A program made the translations under genes and the position numbers. Of a stretch of DNA of 50,918 bases, positions 9,553 to 18,439 are shown one piece after another. The stretch is from assembly GCA_044341105.1 (NCBI GenBank), contig JBIISI010000003.1:1-50918 (forward strand), given 5' to 3'. The notes under the pieces are model-generated. The model had not been told where the DNA came from, ran no database searches, and saw only the letters and a list, made by a program, of their open reading frames with translations. This DNA is from Rickettsiales bacterium (GTDB lineage: Bacteria > Pseudomonadota > Alphaproteobacteria > Rickettsiales > UBA3002). Each line of letters opens with the position of its first letter. Position 1 is the first letter of the stretch.

Positions 9553-9780
9553 GTGCCGTAGTCGTGAAGCCCCTAAACCCAGCAATTACGGCGCGTGACC
9601 GTGTAACGCAATGTAGCAGCAGGCATCGCAGCACCCCCTCATCCCTTTAACACTCGACTACAATATTTTTACCAACTCTCAAAACCCAGCACACCCAGCA
9701 CTACGGCACAACCAACCCCAACCGCAGCTTTACGCGCCCCCCCACTGTCGTTACAGCGACTACACAAGGTAGGCACTACC
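9553..9780. repeat. Putative replication origin: convergent short repeats
   Basis: gtgccgtagt (9553) / actacggcac (9700) perfect IR; gtagtcg (9558) vs cgactac (9655, 9757); tgtaacg (9602) vs cgttaca (9749); aaacccagca twice. Confidence 0.45.
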
Positions 9781-9790
9781 ACCCCGCTGT

Positions 9791-9837
9791 GGGTCCTTCC
9801 CCAGAAGTTGAGCCCCGTGGGACGCGCGGAGCCCCGG
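9791..9837 (+). other. Putative cos packaging site (cosQ/cosN-like)
   Basis: GGGTCCT (lambda cosQ sequence) at 9791-9797, then a GC-rich tract gtgggacgcgcggagccccgg whose core lies about 21-23 nt downstream. Confidence 0.4.
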
Positions 9838-9970
9838 TGAAAGGCAGTTGTCATAAATTGCCTATTACACATGAGGTTGCCAATTCCTGCTTTCGCAATG
9901 AGTGGATTGGCAGGTGGCGGGTTTTTGACTATGGTGCAGCCAATGTTGACTGACGGGGGAGCCAAGGTTG

Positions 9971-11296
9971 GTGAATCAGCAAAAAAATAAAGGCGGGAAC
10001 GGTCCATATGTTGCGACCCTGCTGCTATGCTTGCTGCTTTTCTCAGCGCGCGTAGTGGGCCAGTTGGTGCAGCATATTTCTCCCGTCGCGTTTCTCCCTC
10101 CGTTCGAGGCATGGCAAGGCAGCGGCATGCCGTATAGCGCGCTTCTCACCATGCAGCTGGTGATTGTTGCCGCCGCCTCATTCATCATCACCCGCCTTGC
10201 GCACGGTCGCATCACCCCCAACCCAAGAACCGCAGCATGGCTTTACTGGCTCGGCATCCCGTATTTTATTGCCATGCTGGTGCGCCTGCTCCTTGGCCTT
10301 GGGCCGCTGCATGAGGCCGCATGGTTCGCCGCCAGCATTCCGGCTTTTTTCCATATAGTGCTGGCCAGCATGGTGCTCACGCTGGCGCATTATCACTCAT
10401 CACCTGCGCAGCGGCTACGGTTCCGCCAAGCGATGCGCTGGGCGGTCTATCCGGGGATCATGGGGCTGGTGGTGCTCGCCTATTATGGCCTCATCGCACA
10501 AGGGGTCAGCCCGGTCATCAGCAGCTATGTCAGCGGGCTGTTAGCAGCCATCACCATTACCATCGCTGAAATCCTTCTGCCCTACCGCGCCGAGTGGCGA
10601 CCTACGCGGCATGACATCCTGCATGACAGCATTTTCCTGTTGCTCATACAAGTGGTGCTGCCCAATGCGCTGACCCTGCTAGCGGCCATCGGCCTGCAAC
10701 ATTGGGTAGTGCAAAGCGGCATCGCGGCGGATGCATGGTGGCCGCACCATTACCCGATATGGGCACAGATGCTGCTCATGATGTTTGCTGCCGATTTCCT
10801 GCGCTACTGGTTGCACCGCGCGTTTCATACCTACCACCGCCTATGGCCGATCCATGCCGTGCATCATTCGGTGCAGAAACTCTACTGGCTGAATGTGGGG
10901 CGCTTTCACCCGCTCGACAAATCGCTCCAGTTCCTTGCCGATGTGTTGCCTTTCATTTTCCTCGGCGTGTCGCAAGAGGTGCTTACGCTCTATTTCGTCG
11001 TTTACTCGGTGAAGGGCTTCTTCCAGCACAGCAATGTTGATGTGCGGCTGGGCTGGCTGAACTATCTTATCAGCGGCCCGGAATTGCACCGCTGGCACCA
11101 CTCCAAAATCATCCGCGAATCGAACAGCAACTACGGCAACAATATCAGCGTGTGGGACTGGCTGTTCGGCACCTTCCATTACCCCAAGGCACAAGAAGTG
11201 GGCGATCTCGGCCTGTTCAACCGCCACTACCCGATGGCTTTCCTGAGCCAGATGCGCGCGCCGTTCGTACGCGGGCTGGATAAGGAGGCGAAATGA
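9971..11296 (+). CDS. Sterol desaturase/fatty acid hydroxylase family protein with extra N-terminal membrane domain
   Basis: His boxes HRAFH, HAVHH, FQHSN, HRWHH; NYGNNISVWDWLFGT. Start codon uncertain (9968 TTG or 9971 GTG). Confidence 0.9.
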   Translation: MNQQKNKGGNGPYVATLLLCLLLFSARVVGQLVQHISPVAFLPPFEAWQGSGMPYSALLTMQLVIVAAASFIITRLAHGRITPNPRTAAWLYWLGIPYFIAMLVRLLLGLGPLHEAAWFAASIPAFFHIVLASMVLTLAHYHSSPAQRLRFRQAMRWAVYPGIMGLVVLAYYGLIAQGVSPVISSYVSGLLAAITITIAEILLPYRAEWRPTRHDILHDSIFLLLIQVVLPNALTLLAAIGLQHWVVQSGIAADAWWPHHYPIWAQMLLMMFAADFLRYWLHRAFHTYHRLWPIHAVHHSVQKLYWLNVGRFHPLDKSLQFLADVLPFIFLGVSQEVLTLYFVVYSVKGFFQHSNVDVRLGWLNYLISGPELHRWHHSKIIRESNSNYGNNISVWDWLFGTFHYPKAQEVGDLGLFNRHYPMAFLSQMRAPFVRGLDKEAK

Positions 11297-12801
11297 GCCG
11301 CCTTCAACAGCTGCTGGTACGGGTCCATATGGCCAAAATAGCGCTTGGTCCGTGGGCGCGTCTGAAGCAAAGCGCACGTAATTCGGAACGCACGCAGGCA
11401 GCATTGCTGCAACGTATCCTGCACGCCAACCGCACCACGCAGTTCGGTCAAACACATCAGTTCGCTTCGCTTGGCGATACCGCAGCCTACCGTGAAGCCG
11501 TCCCCATCCATGATTATGAAGCGTTGCGCCCTTTCATCGACCGCCAGATGCAACATGGCGAACACGCGCTAACGGTAGCGCCAGTATGCCATTATTTGCT
11601 GACCAGCGGCACGACCGGCGAGCCTAAGCGTATCCCACTAACCGAAGATGCGATGCGACATCTGCGCGATTGCCAGCGGCTAGCAGCCTACAGCCATTTC
11701 CGCGAAGCCCCGTTGCTATTCTCCGGCAAGCTACTCTCTATCACCGGCGCAGGCACGGAAGGGCAGATGCCCAACGACACCCCTTATGGCTGCCTATCCG
11801 GCGTACTGTTCGATGCCATGACCCGCTTCATGAAACGCCGCGCCATCCCCTCAGCTGCTATCGGACTGGAATATCGCTACGAAGACATCGCCCGCGAGGC
11901 TGCGGCAGCACCCGATATCACCGCTGCCATTACCGCCAACCCTTCCAGCTTCCTGCGCCTGAAAGAGATCATGCTGCGCGAAGGGCTGATACCGGCAGGG
12001 CGTTTACTCGGCGATCTGTGGCCCAACCTTCACGCCATCATCACATGGACACACGGTAACTGCGCCACCTACCTACCCGCATTGCAGCGTGAGTTCCCCA
12101 ACACTGCCATTCTGGAAGCAGGATATCTCGCCAGCGAAATCTATGGCACTATTCCCGTAGGTGGCGGGCGCTGCGTTCCCAGCCTTGAGCATACCTTTTT
12201 TGAGTTCATCGCGGTCGATGCATGGGAGAGTGGAAGCGGGGAAACCCAACTGCTGCACACGCTGGAGCAAGGCCACCGCTATTACGTCATCACCACGACC
12301 GAGAGCGGCCTTTACCGCTATTTCATGCATGACATCGTGGAAGTGGACGGCATGTTCGAGAACACGCCCTGCCTACGTTTTGTGCAGAAGGGAAAGGGCG
12401 TGACCAGCCTCACCGGTGAGAAGCTTTACGAGAGCCAATTGCTGCACGCACTCAAAACCATTCGGGGAGATGACGCGAACGCGCCCTTCTTCCTCGCCGT
12501 CGCTCATAACGATCCAGCCCATTACCGGCTCTATATCGAGAGCGCGCACACTGCTCCTGACATGGCCACACAGCTGGATGATGCGCTGGGCGCACTAAAT
12601 ATCGAATACAAGGCAAAGCGCGATAGCGGGCGGCTGCATCCGCTTTCCATCGCCTTCCTGAGCAATGGCGCAGGCGATGCTTACCGCCAGCACTGTATTG
12701 CACAGGGCCAACGCGATGCCCAATGGAAGCTGGTGCGGCTACAATACGCCCACGAATGCCCCTTCGATTTCACTCCCTTCCTGCGTAAGGATGCGTCATG
12801 A
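11293..12801 (+). CDS. GH3-family acyl acid-amido synthetase
   Basis: AVPIHDYEALRPFI, LTSGTTGEPKRIP, YLASE, TTESGLYRYFMHD, GEKLYE; ATGA overlap. Confidence 0.9.
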   Translation: MSRLQQLLVRVHMAKIALGPWARLKQSARNSERTQAALLQRILHANRTTQFGQTHQFASLGDTAAYREAVPIHDYEALRPFIDRQMQHGEHALTVAPVCHYLLTSGTTGEPKRIPLTEDAMRHLRDCQRLAAYSHFREAPLLFSGKLLSITGAGTEGQMPNDTPYGCLSGVLFDAMTRFMKRRAIPSAAIGLEYRYEDIAREAAAAPDITAAITANPSSFLRLKEIMLREGLIPAGRLLGDLWPNLHAIITWTHGNCATYLPALQREFPNTAILEAGYLASEIYGTIPVGGGRCVPSLEHTFFEFIAVDAWESGSGETQLLHTLEQGHRYYVITTTESGLYRYFMHDIVEVDGMFENTPCLRFVQKGKGVTSLTGEKLYESQLLHALKTIRGDDANAPFFLAVAHNDPAHYRLYIESAHTAPDMATQLDDALGALNIEYKAKRDSGRLHPLSIAFLSNGAGDAYRQHCIAQGQRDAQWKLVRLQYAHECPFDFTPFLRKDAS

Positions 12802-13892
12802 CCCTGCAACTCACCATGGCCCCGTTGCATATCCCCTTTCGCGCAGCATTCCGGCATGCAGGCGCGGAACGCGCGGAAACAGAAACGGTTATCGTTACCG
12901 CCCGCCGTGGTGGATTGGAAGGCGTAGGCGAAGGGTGCCCGCGCAGCTATGTCAGCGGCGAGTCCATCGCCAGTGCGTTGGCATTTTTTGAACAACATCA
13001 CGCTACGATCTCGCAATTATCGACACTGGATAACGTTCGCCACTTTACCCAACAGTTCCAGCAAGAGATTGATGCAAACCCGGCAGCATGGTGCGCGGTG
13101 GAACTTGCCTTGCTCGACCTGCTTGGCAAGGAGCAGCAGCTTCCTATCGAGGCGTTGCTTTCCCTACCGCCGATAACCCAGCCATGCCACTATTCCGCCG
13201 TGCTCAGCGCGGGCTCGGCAGATGGCTTCGCCAAGCAACTGGCGCAATATCAGGCGCAGGGCTTTACGCAATATAAAATCAAACTCTCCGGCGACGCCGC
13301 GCTCGATGCCGCTTATGTTGCGCATCTACGTGCAGCAAACATCCCCCTATCGCACGTGCGGGCCGATGCCAATCGTCTCTGGCCTGATGCCATATCCGCC
13401 ATCGCTCACCTCGCTGCATTGGATTACCCATTCTGGGCGCTTGAAGACCCGCTACATGCCATTAATACGGACGCACTTACCGCCATCGTCCACGCCCGCG
13501 ATTGCCGCATCATCATCGATGAGCATTTCCTACGCCTCGACCAGTTCGCTACGCTTGCTCCCCATGGCCCATGGATCATCAATCTCCGCATCTCGAAAAT
13601 GGGTGGTTTGCTGCGCAGCATGGCGATCATCCAGCACGCGGCTAATGCAGGTATTCCACTCATCATCGGCGCGCAAGTTGGCGAAACCAGTATCCTCACG
13701 CGTGCCGCCATTTGTGTTGCACAGGCAGCTGGAACTTCCCTGCTAGCCCAAGAAGGCGCGTTCGGAAACTTACTACTAGCAAACGATCCTTGCGACCCGT
13801 CACTCACGTTCGGCCCGCGCGGCATTCTCTCACCGCATCCCGCTTTTAGTACGCCGGGAATGGGCATAAATTGGCAACCGGAGGCCCTATGA
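12798..13892 (+). CDS. Enolase-superfamily enzyme (MLE/epimerase-like subgroup)
   Basis: GVGEGCPR, ELALLDL, KIK, DAN, LEDP, IIDE, RISKMGG, GAQVGET; ATGA overlap. Confidence 0.88.
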   Translation: MTLQLTMAPLHIPFRAAFRHAGAERAETETVIVTARRGGLEGVGEGCPRSYVSGESIASALAFFEQHHATISQLSTLDNVRHFTQQFQQEIDANPAAWCAVELALLDLLGKEQQLPIEALLSLPPITQPCHYSAVLSAGSADGFAKQLAQYQAQGFTQYKIKLSGDAALDAAYVAHLRAANIPLSHVRADANRLWPDAISAIAHLAALDYPFWALEDPLHAINTDALTAIVHARDCRIIIDEHFLRLDQFATLAPHGPWIINLRISKMGGLLRSMAIIQHAANAGIPLIIGAQVGETSILTRAAICVAQAAGTSLLAQEGAFGNLLLANDPCDPSLTFGPRGILSPHPAFSTPGMGINWQPEAL

Positions 13893-14545
13893 AAAAGTTC
13901 AGTTTTCTTCACCACTCTTTCATTGCTATGGCGCTGCTCTTACTTGCTGCATGTGGTGATGCGCCGCGCGGCCCGGCATTTTCCTATGATGGCAAAGAGT
14001 TGGAGCTTAAGCTGGAAGGCGGCAAATATCTTACCTTCACCGATGGCCCCTGCGACCAAGGATTTGACGGATGCGTCATTCACCAATTCAGAGGCACCTT
14101 TGCCAGAGACCAGTTTTATTTCGTTCATCACCAATACTACGAGGGCGGCAAGTACATGCTGTATTCTTATAAAAGTGGCAACAGAACGATTATCTACGGC
14201 GAGCCACATCTTTCTCCGCAAGAGAACCTCATTGCAACGGCAATGGGTGATGAAATGAATGACGATGGCACTGGCATACGACTTTTTGAAATCGCTAACG
14301 GCGAAGCAAAAGAACTCTTCCATTATAAGCCAAACGGCTACGCCCTTTACCGCTTTGACAAATGGATCAACAATAATGAGGCCGCCATTGAACTATACAC
14401 GATGTGCAGAGATAATGGGCGCAACGATTCGCTCACCATGCCGGTGCACCTAAGAAACACCCCAACCGGTTGGCAACTAGACCAAGGCATCGGCGAAGCG
14501 TGCATTCAATCCACGCGGCAACCTAAGCCTAGCGTAAGCCCGTAA
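13889..14545 (+). CDS. Lipoprotein, unknown function
   Basis: MKKFSFLHHSFIAMALLLLAAC lipobox; GGAGG RBS; ATGA overlap with enolase stop. Confidence 0.75.
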   Translation: MKKFSFLHHSFIAMALLLLAACGDAPRGPAFSYDGKELELKLEGGKYLTFTDGPCDQGFDGCVIHQFRGTFARDQFYFVHHQYYEGGKYMLYSYKSGNRTIIYGEPHLSPQENLIATAMGDEMNDDGTGIRLFEIANGEAKELFHYKPNGYALYRFDKWINNNEAAIELYTMCRDNGRNDSLTMPVHLRNTPTGWQLDQGIGEACIQSTRQPKPSVSP

Positions 14546-15635
14546 GTAGCCCGGCGGGTGGGACAGCATCGGTGAGGGCCAACTTGCCGCGTGTAACAGA
14601 CGTTGCAACCAATGTTGGGCGTTTTGCACCCCAGCTTGCAGATTCCCTTAGCAGCACGATGCCATCGTCGGTCCTACAATCCGTCTGCCAGTAATCCGAC
14701 ACACCGACAGCCATGTTATAATCACGGCATGATTCGCCTAAAACCTCCCGCGTTTCTTCAGGCTTAATCAGTCTTCCAGCTTCTCGCCCAGTTCGTTCCA
14801 CGCGCTTTATCTCGGCGCGCTTAAACTGGCCTTCAGGCGTTCTAATCACCTGAATGGAAATGCCCTCACCGTCGTACGTTTGGATACGATGCCTCTGGTT
14901 TTGGGATTCGGTCATTTTGTATGCGCCGAACCGCTTGATATGCAGCACATCGGTAATGGCCTGCTCATTGGGCGAAGATTGCAGCAGCACTTCGTCATTT
15001 GGCCCCTCCTTGCTGTCGGACCATTCATCCCACGCATTGAGTTCCAGCAAATCCGTTGGCACCACCAAGTCTTCGCGTTTCACGGTGCTTCTATCGATGG
15101 AAATCGTCTCCGAATGTTGGAGTTCAGTAGTCGCGTTACTGAACACTTTCTGCCACAGCAGTACACCATCCGCCGTGAGGCAACTCTCCTGCCTAATACC
15201 GGTTGTTCCGTATGGAACTTCCCATACGCGGCACGACTCCCCTAATCCCGTCCCTACCCTCTCTGTCGGGTGGAATGTATATTGCTCACTCTCCGTAGGG
15301 CCAATGATAGAAAGATGGTCATAGCGACCATCGGGCAGCACCGCATAGCTGTAAGAAAGGCCGGTTTTAAGGTCTGCAATGACGATGCCTTTTTTATCGT
15401 TACGCGTAGTCTCCTCACGTATCCGGTCACCCGCCCGCATGACCTTAATCGTCGATTTCTCCAGCTTATTCACGACCGTGATAGTATATTCTCCCTTTAT
15501 AGGCGCTGCATATCGCGTCCAACCCGGCATGATAAATGTTGCAGAAGAGGCAGCAGCCTGTGCAGCACTGCTTATTAAAATGACAGCAGCTACCGTTGCA
15601 ATTTTACGCATACTAATTGTAGATATTGCGATCAT
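14529..15635 (-). CDS. Exported beta-rich protein with internal domain duplication
   Basis: Signal peptide (AAQA); GESCRVWE...SCLTADGVLL repeated as GESCRDYN...DCRTDDGIVLL. Confidence 0.75.
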   Translation of the reverse strand: MIAISTISMRKIATVAAVILISSAAQAAASSATFIMPGWTRYAAPIKGEYTITVVNKLEKSTIKVMRAGDRIREETTRNDKKGIVIADLKTGLSYSYAVLPDGRYDHLSIIGPTESEQYTFHPTERVGTGLGESCRVWEVPYGTTGIRQESCLTADGVLLWQKVFSNATTELQHSETISIDRSTVKREDLVVPTDLLELNAWDEWSDSKEGPNDEVLLQSSPNEQAITDVLHIKRFGAYKMTESQNQRHRIQTYDGEGISIQVIRTPEGQFKRAEIKRVERTGREAGRLIKPEETREVLGESCRDYNMAVGVSDYWQTDCRTDDGIVLLRESASWGAKRPTLVATSVTRGKLALTDAVPPAGLLTGLR

Positions 15636-16081
15636 TGCTTGCCCTTCTTAGGCCTACATTCTTGGTATAGCTTGGCATAGGCTACTACCGCAGCATCAGC
15701 AGAGCAGCGAGCTTCTTCGTCACCACGATACAGCTTACAATCCCAATGTTCGGGTAATCCGTAGAAACGGTCGCGATCTTCAGTGCTACCAGTCTTTCTT
15801 ATTATGGAATGTGGACGGCCACGCACGTACTCAAGTACACGCCCGGAAAGAAACTGCTGACCATTTTTCTCGATGATTTGGTCAACGCTGAAATCCGTAT
15901 GTTTGGGGAATACGACTACCTCCCCCGACTCGGCATATGGTTTCGTTACATCCGGCTCACTAAACACGCGCGCGTCATCAACATCGGAGGAGCAGCTAAG
16001 ATGGTAATTACCCTCTACTGCCGCGCTTGCAGCTACAGAAAACCCCAAGACACAAGCTATAACGATCCCCCACAACTTCAT
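15632..16081 (-). CDS. Small exported Cys-containing protein
   Basis: MKLWGIVIACVLGFSVAASA signal peptide from ATG 16081. Confidence 0.7.
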   Translation of the reverse strand: MKLWGIVIACVLGFSVAASAAVEGNYHLSCSSDVDDARVFSEPDVTKPYAESGEVVVFPKHTDFSVDQIIEKNGQQFLSGRVLEYVRGRPHSIIRKTGSTEDRDRFYGLPEHWDCKLYRGDEEARCSADAAVVAYAKLYQECRPKKGKQ

Positions 16082-16604
16082 CACTTTTCTCCCTGCATGC
16101 CTGCAAATCGCGGTTGCAGGTAGTTCTTCCATGCTTGCGCCGCTTCGGAATCATTCATGCTCATGCAGTAGAGCCCTACACTGCGCACACGTATTTCGAG
16201 CGTGCCTTCATCAATCCGCTCAAAACGACCGCCATGACATTCGGCGGCAGGCTTGAGTAATGATCGATCTCTACTATCGCATCTTCCTCATCGTACTCGG
16301 TAATCTTCCCGGTCCAGTCATAAGCTAGCAGTTGATACTGCTTATACATCTGAGCGCATTTCGCGTCTTCTACACGCTGCGGATAGCCTGTGCAGTGCTG
16401 CCATTCTGGCGTGGATAGCTGCTGGTACAAATCCTTTACAGCTGCACGTGCGACTGATGCCACCTGCGCATTGGTTAGCGCCGGATCAATCGGCATCGTC
16501 GTGGCTTTAGAAGAAATCAACGGCGTAGGCAGACAGCAGGCGCTACACAAAAATAATAAAGAGAGGCTTGTGATACGCAGCATCACCTTAACGGCATCTC
16601 GCAT
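16081..16604 (-). pseudogene. Lipoprotein gene interrupted by a frameshift near 16260
   Basis: Lipobox LFLCSAC; another frame continues LLKPAAECHGGRFERIDEGTLEIRVRSVGLYC...GEK and stops in a TGATG overlap with the next gene. Confidence 0.55.
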
Positions 16605-16605
16605 C

Positions 16606-17010
16606 CTACGGCTCCTGCGCTTCGATAAATTTCTCGGATGTGTTCGATCCAAATCCATGGAGGTAAACGCTGGCCTTTGCCTGTACCCCGATACGGCCTT
16701 GTTGCTCTATAACCTCCAATGGACAAACATCGTGCGGCGATTGCGCAACATATACTTTATCGCCCAAAGCCAGCTTCACACGGCGCTTTCCCTTATCTTC
16801 CGCGATAGGGCATTGGTCAGAATTAGTCTTATTGTTGAGCCTGAAACAGCTGCCTTGCCAATTTTCGATAAAGTGGATTTCTATACCATCTGGAACGGCT
16901 TCAACCTTCTCTATCCAACATATGTTCCCCGCCCATACGGTTGCAGGAAAGAGGCCGAACGCAATAGTATATCCAATACGGTGCCAGATGCTAATCACTG
17001 ATGGCTCCAC
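16606..17010 (-). CDS. Small exported Cys-containing protein
   Basis: Signal-like TIAFGLFPATVWA followed by GNICW; 4 Cys; overlaps upstream stop. Confidence 0.6.
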   Translation of the reverse strand: MEPSVISIWHRIGYTIAFGLFPATVWAGNICWIEKVEAVPDGIEIHFIENWQGSCFRLNNKTNSDQCPIAEDKGKRRVKLALGDKVYVAQSPHDVCPLEVIEQQGRIGVQAKASVYLHGFGSNTSEKFIEAQEP

Positions 17011-17549
17011 AAATAAACGGTTATGGCATTTTCGGCGCTAATATCGCGCACGCAGCGAAATTGATCTTCTATCCCTTGCAACTGTACGAGGTCGGCGCTC
17101 CGATAGCCCCAACGGGTGGTAACATAAGCGCATTCCTGCGCCCCTTTCTTTTGCAGCGAGCCCAACGTCGTTTGCAGTGCATCACGAATTCTTTTGTCAT
17201 CGGTACGCTGTGCGGTTTGTTTCGTTAGCTTTTTTGCCTGTTCTTTATACAGCTCGTCCCACCAGATGGATTCACGCTCCATACAATTTCTACTGTGCGA
17301 ACCAACGGCAATATCGGCCAGCGCATTATCGTATGCGGACACGTCGCTAATACACGCCTTTGTGAATTTGCCGATGCAAGTTTGGTAGAGGGTGTATTTA
17401 TCATCCGCCGATGCAAGGCAATAATCCAAGAACTGCTTTCTTACCGGGTCAGCGGCATGGGCGATCCCTGCCATCCCGATAATCGCCCAACACATCATCA
17501 GCAAAGCTAGGTTCTTTGTGAGCATCGGAATCTTTTTTGTCGCTACCAT
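16995..17549 (-). CDS. Exported protein resembling LprI (DUF1311) lysozyme inhibitors
   Basis: Signal peptide AHA; CIG..T..C ... C..RE..WWD pattern, helical, multiple Cys. Confidence 0.55.
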   Translation of the reverse strand: MVATKKIPMLTKNLALLMMCWAIIGMAGIAHAADPVRKQFLDYCLASADDKYTLYQTCIGKFTKACISDVSAYDNALADIAVGSHSRNCMERESIWWDELYKEQAKKLTKQTAQRTDDKRIRDALQTTLGSLQKKGAQECAYVTTRWGYRSADLVQLQGIEDQFRCVRDISAENAITVYLWSHQ

Positions 17550-17558
17550 ACACTCACA

Positions 17559-18322
17559 CTAAGACAGAGGTTTCTTTGGAGTTCGCGCATATTTATCTGC
17601 CGTCTCTGGCCGTAATTGCAACCCCACCATTTTTTCATTCTCGAAAACATACGGACATACGGGCGCTTTGTAGAACTGCTCAAAGATTTCTTCTGCCACG
17701 TCAATTTGCTCGTCCGTCATACGCTTTTCGAGTTCTTCCTGTTCGGCACGTGTACCGAACATCTTGATCGGCACCATCGACGCATGGACATGCGCCAAAA
17801 TTACATTCGGTTCGACCAACGCCCGCTCCTCAGCGGTGATATCGGGAGATGGTAACCCACCATACAGTGCTGCCAGATAATGAGAGGAAAGTATTGGGCA
17901 CGATCACACGCCATACGGTGCATCCAATAAAGCGATTTAGCGTAATCCTGCTTAAACCCATCGCGCCATTTCATTTTTGGCGGCGGCCCATTCGGTAAGG
18001 TGTGTTGAGGCGGTATCTTTTGCGCATACTGCTGCGCCAACTCAATTTGGGCAAAGGGCTCACCCGCCTCTGCGGCTTTGAATAAGTAAATATTTGATTC
18101 TTCCTCGGTCATGCCGCCTTTGTCGCGGATGATACCGAAATGGTCCCCTAAAAGTCTCATCGCGGATATATCCCCGCTATCCGCTGCTGCTTTAATAGTC
18201 TCAAAACTATCTTTATAGCTCACCGTCGATGGCGGAAATGGCTTAAAGCGCGGATTTGGTTTGGGCGAGCATGCTGCCATTGCTAGGCAGCAGACAAGTA
18301 GCATTGCATTAACAACCCGCAT
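17559..18322 (-). pseudogene. Sel1-repeat lipoprotein split by a frameshift near 17885
   Basis: Lipobox AMAAC; Sel1 motifs AADSGDISAMRLLG, KAAEAGEPFAQIELA, QDYAKSLYW; second frame continues SHYLAALYGG...EKRMTDEQIDVAEE. Confidence 0.65.
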
Positions 18323-18439
18323 AAGAACCCTCCGCGCGCATCATACATTTTTTCTTACGCGGCGCAGCTACAGATTGCGGTTATCGAATAATATACATGC
18401 CGGTCGCGAGAAAATACGCTAATGCATTAGTGTTAACAC

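Noticed and set aside
9669-10112. 147 aa minus-strand ORF as a small terminase or Ash protein
   Set aside because: No TerS-like features, only a vague AGIG match, and it overlaps the desaturase gene and the cos/ori-like region
16390-17001. 203 aa plus-strand ORF
   Set aside because: Antisense to coupled minus-strand genes that carry signal peptides
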